DNA from: Steroidobacteraceae bacterium
GTDB lineage: Bacteria; Pseudomonadota; Gammaproteobacteria; Steroidobacterales; Steroidobacteraceae
Reading direction: 5' to 3'
NCBI GenBank assembly: GCA_032119515.1
Contig: JAUMBX010000228.1
Coordinates: 1-25,444 of the forward strand
Length of the DNA: 25,444 nt
In this document: piece by piece, positions 18,118 to 25,444 of the stretch
How positions within the stretch are numbered: position 1 is the first letter of the stretch
Layout: the number at the start of each line of letters is the position of its first letter
Translations under genes and position numbers: made by a program
Notes under the pieces: generated by a model
The model's database searches: none
Seen by the model: only the letters and a program-made list of their open reading frames with translations
What the model was told of the DNA's origin: nothing

Positions 18118-18618
18118 ATGCGCCACATCATCTCCATCCTGCTGCAGAACGAAGCCGGCGCCCTGACCCGGGTGGCCGGTCTGTTTTCCACGCGCGGGTA
18201 CAACATCGAGTCGTTGTCCGTGGCACCCACCCAGGACCCGGCCATCTCGCGGCTGACCCTGGTCTCGGCCGGCAACGACACCGGCTTCGACCAGATCGCC
18301 CACCAGCTGCAGAAGCTGGTGGACGTGGTGCAGGTGGAAGACATGACCCGCGACGCGCACTTCGAGCGCGAGATGGCCATGCTCAAGTTCCGCCTGCCGA
18401 CCGGCGCCATCGACCCGGTGATGCGACTGGTCAGCGAAGCCGACGGCAAGGTGCTCTCCGGCGAGCTGGACAGCTTCGTCATGACGCTTACCCACAGCGA
18501 GGGCGAGATCGATCGCTTCATCGAGGAGGCCAGCCGCCACGGCGAGCTGCTCGAGGTGGTTCGCAGCGGCGCACTGGCCATCGGCCGCGGCAGCCGTGGC
18601 CTCAAGGACCCGCGCTGA
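18118..18618 (+). CDS. ilvN: Acetolactate synthase small regulatory subunit (IlvH/IlvN type; ACT plus C-terminal domain), 166 aa
   Basis: MRHIISILLQNEAGALTRVAGLFSTRGYNIESLSV ACT domain, QLQKLVDVV, and C-terminal EVVRSGALAI.RG. Confidence 0.95.
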   Translation: MRHIISILLQNEAGALTRVAGLFSTRGYNIESLSVAPTQDPAISRLTLVSAGNDTGFDQIAHQLQKLVDVVQVEDMTRDAHFEREMAMLKFRLPTGAIDPVMRLVSEADGKVLSGELDSFVMTLTHSEGEIDRFIEEASRHGELLEVVRSGALAIGRGSRGLKDPR

Positions 18619-18620
18619 CC

Positions 18621-19151
18621 GTGGGCCTCGAACCGGCTCGCGCCGCCGATGCCGAGGCGGTGGTCGCCCTCGTGGAGTCCGCCTTCCGGGGTGAGCCGAG
18701 CCGCCTCGGCTGGACCACCGAGGCCGACCTGCTCGGCGGTCGGCGCACCGGTGCCGACGAAATCCAGGACATCCTTACCGATCCCGACCAGGCCCTGCTG
18801 CTCAAGCGGGACAAGGCGGGCACGCTGGAGGCCAGCGTGGTGCTGCGGCGTGAGGCCGCGCAATGCTGGTTGGGCATGCTGGCGGTCAAGCCTGCTCTGC
18901 AGGACCGCGGCATCGGCCGTCAGGTCATGACCGAAGCAGAAGGCTGGGCACAACAGCAGTGGGGCAGCCGTCGCATGCGGATGTCGGTCATCGCACAGCG
19001 GGGAGAACTCATCTCCTGGTACGAGCGCCGGGGCTATCGGCTGACGGGGGAGCGCAAGGCCTTCTTCTATGGCGATCCGCGCTTCGGAGAACCGCGACGC
19101 AGCGACCTGTTCTTCGTGATGATGGAGAAAGTGCTACCGCCGGCCGGCTGA
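18621..19151 (+). CDS. GNAT family N-acetyltransferase
   Basis: Acetyl-CoA binding motif LAVKPALQDRGIGRQVM and C-terminal ELISWYERRGY. GTG start 2 nt after the ilvN stop. Confidence 0.9.
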   Translation: MGLEPARAADAEAVVALVESAFRGEPSRLGWTTEADLLGGRRTGADEIQDILTDPDQALLLKRDKAGTLEASVVLRREAAQCWLGMLAVKPALQDRGIGRQVMTEAEGWAQQQWGSRRMRMSVIAQRGELISWYERRGYRLTGERKAFFYGDPRFGEPRRSDLFFVMMEKVLPPAG

Positions 19152-20498
19152 TGACCTGCCGGGCAGCAGTTGCAGCGCCTGCCGCGCCGCGCGGATGCCA
19201 CTCTGGTAGGCGCCGTGCAGGGTGCCATAGGCAGCCTGCTCGGTATGCTCACCGGCGAACAGGAGGCGTTCTGCCACCGGCTCGGTGAGCCTCTGGCGGG
19301 CCCCGAAGCGGCCCGGTACGCAATGGGAATAGGCACCCCGGCTCCACGGATCGCCAGCCCAGGCGGTGCTGACGCCCCGGTCGAACTGGCGGCGGATGTC
19401 GCTGCCCGCCATGCTCACCAGTTCCCCCAGTGCGTGGTCCACGAAGGCCTGCGAGCCGGCGGCCTCCAGTTCCTGGGCGAAGGCCCCCGCCGCCGTGCCG
19501 ATCACCACGTTACTGCTCCACAAACGGGTGAGGTAGCTCATACCCCGCCAGCCCGAGCGGCGCTCGCGCAGCACTTCGCTGTCCTCTCCGGCGAAGGGGT
19601 TGCGCTTGAAGCGCAGCGCCACCTTGTTCATCACGCCGAGCGGCAGTGCGTGCACGGCCTCCTGCACGGCCACGGGCAATCCGGGATCGAAGGCCATGCC
19701 GCCAGCCGCCAGCACGCTCGACGGCACCGCCACGATGGCGCAGCGCACCCTGAGTTCTCCGGCAGGGGTATCGAGGAACACACCGGAACGGCCCCAGCGA
19801 ATGCGCGACACGGGCGTGTTGAGACGCACCTCGACGCCACGGGCATAGTGGGCCAGCAGGCTGCCATAGCCCTTCGGGATGAGAAGGTCGTCACCGCGAC
19901 GATCGAACTGGAAGCTGTCGAGAGCCGAGAAACTGCCGGGCTCGACCCCCTCCCAGGAGGTCAGGCCCGATGCGGCAAGCGGGTACCAGGGATCCTCCCG
20001 GGTGACGCGGGTGAAGGCAGCATCAGCCGGGATATCCAGCCCGCGCCGCCCGGCCTCCTCCAGCTCGCGCCCCATGCGCTCGACCAGCGCACGGTAGGCA
20101 GTCAGTTCCGCAGCATCGAGCGGCCGTTGACCCTCGAAGATCCGCCTCGGATAGCGGTCGACGAAAGTCTCGAAGCCGTTCGTCCTCGCATAGCCCACCC
20201 AGGGGTTGACCTCCGAGGCATGCAGCCAGGAACAGCCGCGATCCCAGGGTTCACCCACGCTGTCTTCATCGGTATGGGCCCGACCCCCGATGCGACCGCG
20301 GGCCTCCAGCAGCACGATGCGACGCCCGGCCGCCAGCAGGGTGCGGGCAGCCGCCAGTCCGGCCGCGCCGGCGCCCACGACAGCCACTTCCGCGCCACTG
20401 CCCTGGGCCATGGCTGCCCGGGGAAGCGCGAGCGAGACCGCGGAGGCCGCGGCGCCTTGCAGGAAAGCCCGCCGGCCAGCGCCAGTGGAGGGCTTCAT
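19134..20498 (-). CDS. Flavin monoamine/polyamine oxidase family FAD oxidoreductase with twin-arginine signal peptide
   Basis: GRRAFLQ Tat motif followed by a hydrophobic stretch and AMA. Rossmann motif GAGAAG...EARGRIGGR, conserved NKV lysine, WSRGAYS and FAGEHT...GTLHGA. Confidence 0.9.
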   Translation of the reverse strand: MKPSTGAGRRAFLQGAAASAVSLALPRAAMAQGSGAEVAVVGAGAAGLAAARTLLAAGRRIVLLEARGRIGGRAHTDEDSVGEPWDRGCSWLHASEVNPWVGYARTNGFETFVDRYPRRIFEGQRPLDAAELTAYRALVERMGRELEEAGRRGLDIPADAAFTRVTREDPWYPLAASGLTSWEGVEPGSFSALDSFQFDRRGDDLLIPKGYGSLLAHYARGVEVRLNTPVSRIRWGRSGVFLDTPAGELRVRCAIVAVPSSVLAAGGMAFDPGLPVAVQEAVHALPLGVMNKVALRFKRNPFAGEDSEVLRERRSGWRGMSYLTRLWSSNVVIGTAAGAFAQELEAAGSQAFVDHALGELVSMAGSDIRRQFDRGVSTAWAGDPWSRGAYSHCVPGRFGARQRLTEPVAERLLFAGEHTEQAAYGTLHGAYQSGIRAARQALQLLPGRSSAGRR

Positions 20499-20953
20499 GG
20501 CGCGCCCTCCCGGCCCGCCGGCGGCAGGCCTGCCACGGCAGTACGGATACCCTCCGGCAGCATCACCACCCGGCGAGTGATGCGATCGACGTAGACGTGG
20601 ACGAAGCGGCCCACCGCACAGGCCGCCTGTTCATCACCGCGAAAGAGTCCCACCCGATAGATCACGCTCGAGTTGCCCAGCTTCTCGCAGGCCAGTCCGG
20701 CCTGGACCTCGTCGGGGAAGGAGAGCTCCTGCAGGAAGCGGCAGCTGGTTTCCGCGACGATACCGATGGCCGGCAACTCGCGGATGTCGCTGGTGGTGGC
20801 CTCCATCAGCCAGCCGTTCACCGCCGTGTCGAAGTAGGAGTAGTAAGTGACGTTGTTGACGTGGCCGTAGTGGTCATTGTCCATCCAGCGTGTGGGGATC
20901 CTCCGGACCATGCGAAAGTCCGTCCGGGAGGGTGGTGGCGCTCGCTCAGCCAT
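20495..20953 (-). CDS. Acyl-CoA thioesterase (hot-dog fold, 4HBT/YbgC-like)
   Basis: RWMDNDHYGHVNNVTYYSYFD motif, GNSSVIY and FVHVYVD. The stop overlaps the amine oxidase start (ATGA). Confidence 0.92.
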   Translation of the reverse strand: MAERAPPPSRTDFRMVRRIPTRWMDNDHYGHVNNVTYYSYFDTAVNGWLMEATTSDIRELPAIGIVAETSCRFLQELSFPDEVQAGLACEKLGNSSVIYRVGLFRGDEQAACAVGRFVHVYVDRITRRVVMLPEGIRTAVAGLPPAGREGAP

Positions 20954-21013
20954 GACGTCTATCCTCGCACCTGCACGCGGTCACGAGCATACCGCGGGGG
21001 GAGCCGATCGACC

Positions 21014-22138
21014 ATGCAAGTCCGCGCAGCAGTCCTCACCGAGATGGGTCGCGCCCGTCCCTATGCGGTATCCAGGCCGCTGGAGATCCTGACCCTCGAC
21101 CTGGAACCGCCCGGCCCCGGCGAGGTGCTGCTGCGGATCCGGGCTGCGGGACTTTGCCATTCCGACCTCTCCGTGGTGGACGGCAATCGTCCGCGCCCCC
21201 TGCCCATGGCCCTCGGCCACGAGGCGGCCGGCGTGGTGGAGCAGCTCGGTCCCGGGGTGATCGGCCTCGAGGTTGGGGATCACGTGGTGACCGCCTTCGT
21301 CGCCGCCTGCGGGCACTGCCAGCCCTGCACGCGTCAGCGTCCTGCCCTGTGCGAACCGGCCATGCGCGCCAACGGGGCGGGCAGCCTGCTCGGTGGCGGC
21401 AGACGCCTGACCGGTCCAGGCCCGATCCATCATCACCTCGGGGTCTCCGCGTTCGCCGAGCGGGCCGTGGTGGCGAGCCAGTCCTGCGTCCGGGTACCCC
21501 GCGAGCTGCCCTTCCCGGTGGCGGCGGTCTTCGGCTGCGCCGTCATGACCGGCGCGGGCGCCGTGGTCAACACCGCGGCCATGCCCGCCGGCAGCTCTGC
21601 GCTGGTGGCAGGCCTCGGTGGAGTGGGTCTGTCGGCCCTGCTGGCGGCGCGGCGCCTGGGAGCCTCACCACTGGTGGCCGTCGACCTGCAACCGGACAAG
21701 CTGGGCCTCGCTCTCGCCCTCGGCGCCAGCCATGCCTTCCTGGCGGACGATCCGGAGCTCGCCGGCAAGATCATCGAGGCGACCGGTGGCGGCGTGGACT
21801 ACGCCTTCGAAATGGCCGGCAGCGTCGCGGCCCTGGAGCTGTGCTGGCGCGCCTCGGCGCGCGGCGGCACCACCGTCTCGGCAGGCCTGTCGCATCCCGA
21901 GCGCGAGTTCAACCTCCGTCACCTGACGCTGGTAGCGGAGGAGCGCAGCCTGAAGGGCAGTTACCTCGGTAGCGCTGTGCCCCAGCGGGACATCCCGCGC
22001 TTCATCGACTGGTACCAGCGCGGTGAGCTGCCAGTGGACCAGCTGCTCAGCGGCACGCTGGCGCTCGAGGAGATCAACGAGGGGCTGGACCTGCTGGCCG
22101 AGGGACTCGCGGTCAGGCAGGTCATCGTTCCGGGCTGA
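21014..22138 (+). CDS. Zinc-dependent alcohol dehydrogenase (MDR family, class III-like)
   Basis: GLCHSDL and GHEAAG (catalytic Zn), CGHCQPC...C (structural Zn), FGCAVMTG and GLGGVG Rossmann motif. ATG 21014 has GGGAG upstream. Confidence 0.93.
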   Translation: MQVRAAVLTEMGRARPYAVSRPLEILTLDLEPPGPGEVLLRIRAAGLCHSDLSVVDGNRPRPLPMALGHEAAGVVEQLGPGVIGLEVGDHVVTAFVAACGHCQPCTRQRPALCEPAMRANGAGSLLGGGRRLTGPGPIHHHLGVSAFAERAVVASQSCVRVPRELPFPVAAVFGCAVMTGAGAVVNTAAMPAGSSALVAGLGGVGLSALLAARRLGASPLVAVDLQPDKLGLALALGASHAFLADDPELAGKIIEATGGGVDYAFEMAGSVAALELCWRASARGGTTVSAGLSHPEREFNLRHLTLVAEERSLKGSYLGSAVPQRDIPRFIDWYQRGELPVDQLLSGTLALEEINEGLDLLAEGLAVRQVIVPG

Positions 22139-22144
22139 GCGACC

Positions 22145-23326
22145 TTACCCCACCGGCTTGCGTGCGGCACGCAGCAGGAGCAGTGCCGGCAGCAGCAGGA
22201 GTGCACCGGTGATGAACGGGGCCTGGGTGCCGAGTGTGGAGTAGATGGCGCCACTGCTGGCCGGGCCGACGATCCGGCCCGCGGCGCTGGCCGACTGCAT
22301 GGTGCCAAGCACCGCGCCCTTCTCGTCCTGGCCGGCCTCCAGGCTCAGCAGGCTGGAGGCTGCGGTGTTGTAGCTGGAATGTCCGGCCGAGAAGAACGCC
22401 GCGCCGACGGCCAGCATCAGCCAGTCGCTGGCCAGGATCATCGCCGCATAACCGATCGCGTGCATGAGGACCGAGCCGTAGAGCACCCGTCGCTCGCCGA
22501 AGCGGCGGGCGAGGTGGCCCACCAGCACGCCCTGGACCAGCACGCCGACGACGCCCATGGCGAAGAAAGCCAGGCCGACGTCGCGTGGCGACAGGGCCAG
22601 CACATCGTATCCCCAGACCGGGAAGATGGTCTGCAGGATGGTCGCCCCGATCGACACCAGGCATACGGAACCGACCACGCCAAGCAGCGCCGGGCTGTGC
22701 GCCACCGGCGCCAGCGGCGAGCGGAAACCCTGGCCGCCGCGCAACCGCCAGGGCTTGCGCGAGGCTGGCGGCAGGCTTTCCTTGAGGAACAGCATCGCGC
22801 TGAGGAAGGCGATCGCGCTGAGCCCGGCGGAGACCAGCGCCGGCAGGGTGAAATTCATGGCGGCAGGGTCGTCACCGCCGAGCAACCCACCGATCATGGG
22901 GCCGAACATGAACCCGAGACCGAACGCCGCCCCGATCATGCCGAGGCCCTTGGCCCGCTCCTCCGGGGCGGTGACGTCGGCCACGTAGGCGAAGGCGGCG
23001 GAGATGTTGCCGGACATGAGGCCCGAGAACACCCGCGCCACGATCAGCATGCCGAGCGTGTCGGCCAGGCCCAGCAAGACGTATCCACCGGTGGAGCCGA
23101 TCATGCTCACTATCAGCACCGGACGCCGGCCGATGGCATCGCTCAGCCGACCCCAGACGGGCGTCGAGAGTACCTGCGCCAGCGCATAGATGCCCGCGCC
23201 GCCGAAGGTGATCAGCCACGGATCCGCGCCCATCCGCTCGGCCACGAACGGAAACAGCGGAATGATGATCCCGAAGCCCAGCAGGTCGACGAAGACGATC
23301 AGGAACAGGACGAGCAAGGCGCGCAT
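22145..23326 (-). CDS. TetA-like DHA1 MFS transporter
   Basis: DLLGFGIIIPLFP, motif A WGRLSDAIGRRPV, AYVADVT..EERAKG.G.IGAAFGLGF.FGP and RIVGP. Confidence 0.92.
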   Translation of the reverse strand: MRALLVLFLIVFVDLLGFGIIIPLFPFVAERMGADPWLITFGGAGIYALAQVLSTPVWGRLSDAIGRRPVLIVSMIGSTGGYVLLGLADTLGMLIVARVFSGLMSGNISAAFAYVADVTAPEERAKGLGMIGAAFGLGFMFGPMIGGLLGGDDPAAMNFTLPALVSAGLSAIAFLSAMLFLKESLPPASRKPWRLRGGQGFRSPLAPVAHSPALLGVVGSVCLVSIGATILQTIFPVWGYDVLALSPRDVGLAFFAMGVVGVLVQGVLVGHLARRFGERRVLYGSVLMHAIGYAAMILASDWLMLAVGAAFFSAGHSSYNTAASSLLSLEAGQDEKGAVLGTMQSASAAGRIVGPASSGAIYSTLGTQAPFITGALLLLPALLLLRAARKPVG

Positions 23327-23353
23327 GAGCGCCTATTCTGCCTGCCTGCGAGG

Positions 23354-24117
<764 letters not shown>

Positions 24118-24124
24118 TTATCTA

Positions 24125-24137
24125 AATCAGTGACTTG
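24125..24137 (+). promoter_or_regulatory. Putative IHF binding site
   Basis: AATCAGTGACTTG versus consensus WATCAANNNNTTR (one mismatch), preceded by an AT-rich tract (ttatcta). It lies between the sigma54 promoter and the enhancer-like site. Confidence 0.6.
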
Positions 24138-24159
24138 TCCGCGAACCGGGGGGAGGGCT

Positions 24160-24176
24160 CGCACCAAGATGGCGCA
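24160..24176. promoter_or_regulatory. Putative NtrC enhancer site
   Basis: CGCACCAAGATGGCGCA versus palindromic consensus TGCACCA-N3-TGGTGCA (two mismatches), about 90 nt upstream of the predicted glnK TSS. A weaker half-site (CGCACCA) lies at 24192-24198. Confidence 0.7.
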
Positions 24177-24255
24177 CGCTGCACGGCGAGCCGCACCAGC
24201 GAAGCGCGCTCCGGGGGTGGGCAGCAGGCAGCGGGGCAGGTAGGCTCTCCGCCCC

Positions 24256-25444
24256 GTGCAAGACACCATCCTGATCATCGGCGCCAGCCACGCGGCGGCG
24301 CAAGCCGTCGACAGCCTGCGCCGCGAAGGGCACTCGGGCCCCCTCATCCTGGCCGGCGAAGAGCCCTTCCTGCCCTACCAGCGTCCGCCCCTGTCGAAGA
24401 AGTTCCTGACCGGGGAACTGGAAGCCGAGCGGCTATGGATAAGGCCTGAGTCCTTCTACGCCAAGCAGGAGGTGGAGCTCAAACTCGGCCAGCGGGCGAC
24501 GGCCATCGATCGAGGGCGCAGGGAAGTCACCTTCGACGACGGCAGCCGGTTGGCCTACGGCCGACTGCTGCTGGCGACCGGCGCCCGCCCCCGCCCAGCC
24601 CCCCTGCCGGGAGCGGCGCTCGCCGGGGTGTACGGCCTGCGCAGCCTCGCCGACGTCGAGGCCATCCGTCAGGACCTGGCGCCCGGTCGGCGCGCGGTGC
24701 TCATCGGCGCCGGGTTCATCGGTCTGGAATGCGCCGCCAGCCTGGTGCGGTTGGGCCTCGAGGTGACGGTGCTGGAGATGGCCGACAGGGTCATGAGCCG
24801 CATGATCGCGCCGGAGATGAGCGCCTTCTACAGCTCGGTTCATGCGGCCGAGGGGGTGCGGCTCCTGACGGGCCAGCAGGTCAGCGCGATCGAGGGGGAA
24901 CAACGGGTCAGCGGTGTGCTCTGTGCGGATGGCAGCCTCCACCCGGCAGACCTGGTCATCGTGGCGATCGGCGTATTGCCCAACGTCGAACTGGCCGCTG
25001 CAGCGGGTCTTGCCTGCGACAATGGCATCGCGGTGGACGAGCACTGCCGCAGCAGCGACCCGGACATCTACGCCATCGGCGACTGCTGCAGCTTCCCCAG
25101 CCAGCGCTACGGCCGGCGCGTGCGCCTGGAGTCGGTCGACAATGCCTGTGAGCAGGCGAAGACGGCGGCGGCCAACCTCTGCGGCACGTCGACCGTGCAT
25201 GACAAGCTGCCCTGGTTCTGGTCGGATCAGTACGAGCTCAAGCTGCAGATCGTCGGCCTGTCCCAGGGCCACGACCGGGTGGTCCTGCGCGGCGACGTGG
25301 CAGGCCGGAAGTTCAGCTGCTGCTACCTCCATGGGCAGGAGTTGCTGGCCCTGGACGCGATCAACCAGCCAGGCGAGTTCATGGCGGCCAAGCGGCTGAT
25401 CGGCGAACGGAGCCGCTTCGACCCCGACCGGCTGGCCGACCCCG
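24256..25444 (+). CDS. FAD/NAD(P)H ferredoxin reductase (putidaredoxin reductase/HcaD-like), 3' end truncated by the window edge
   Basis: Not in the ORF track. Manual translation from GTG 24256 gives MQDTILIIGASHAAAQ...PYQRPPLSKKFL...LLLATGARPR...IGAGFIGLECA...VAIGVLPN...TSDP-like SSDPDIYAIGDC...LPWFWSDQY. The frame stays open to the window end. Confidence 0.93.
   Translation, partial: MQDTILIIGASHAAAQAVDSLRREGHSGPLILAGEEPFLPYQRPPLSKKFLTGELEAERLWIRPESFYAKQEVELKLGQRATAIDRGRREVTFDDGSRLAYGRLLLATGARPRPAPLPGAALAGVYGLRSLADVEAIRQDLAPGRRAVLIGAGFIGLECAASLVRLGLEVTVLEMADRVMSRMIAPEMSAFYSSVHAAEGVRLLTGQQVSAIEGEQRVSGVLCADGSLHPADLVIVAIGVLPNVELAAAAGLACDNGIAVDEHCRSSDPDIYAIGDCCSFPSQRYGRRVRLESVDNACEQAKTAAANLCGTSTVHDKLPWFWSDQYELKLQIVGLSQGHDRVVLRGDVAGRKFSCCYLHGQELLALDAINQPGEFMAAKRLIGERSRFDPDRLADP

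Noticed and set aside
18064-18540. N-terminal extension of the 768 aa ilvB ORF
   Set aside because: It is the antisense shadow of ilvN. AHAS homology begins near 18063/18024.
20597-21013. Apparent 513 aa ADH with N-terminal extension
   Set aside because: It overlaps the thioesterase antisense. ATG 21014 has an RBS and gives a normal 374 aa MDR enzyme.
24169-24243. Short ORF MAHAARRAAPAKRAPGVGSRQRGR in the glnK/reductase gap as a leader peptide
   Set aside because: It has no RBS, overlaps the NtrC-like site, shows no regulatory codon run and is not in frame with the reductase.
24433-25332. 299 aa minus-strand ORF at the right edge
   Set aside because: It is the shadow of the plus-strand ferredoxin reductase, which the ORF track missed because it has no stop in the window.

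Overview
GC-rich, very densely packed bacterial chromosome segment, probably from a proteobacterium judging by the protein styles (inference only). It has no mobile element, CRISPR array, rRNA or tRNA that I can support. There are about 22 CDS, two of them truncated by the window edges and missed by the ORF track: ilvA at the left and a ferredoxin reductase at the right. Left to right: 5' end of ilvA (-); a Bcr/CflA MFS exporter (+); a long minus-strand run of class III aminotransferase, PuuA/PauA-like gamma-glutamyl ligase, degenerate alpha/beta-hydrolase, coiled-coil-FHA protein, thioester alpha-2-macroglobulin and PBP1C; VOC and GST (+); a minus-strand ilvB-chrA-gloA unit set head-to-head against ilvN-GNAT (+); thioesterase and Tat-signal flavin amine oxidase (-); Zn alcohol dehydrogenase (+); glnK, thioredoxin-fold [2Fe-2S] ferredoxin and TetA-like MFS (-) behind a sigma54/IHF/NtrC-like promoter; and a divergent ferredoxin reductase (+). 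The best leads are: (i) glnK with no amtB, coupled instead to a ferredoxin and an MFS; (ii) AHAS large and small subunit genes split into divergent units 54 bp apart; (iii) an apparently catalytically dead alpha/beta-hydrolase coupled to a gamma-glutamylation module; (iv) an FHA adaptor directly upstream of the A2M-PBP1C envelope-defence pair. All calls come from motif reading by eye; no database search was run.
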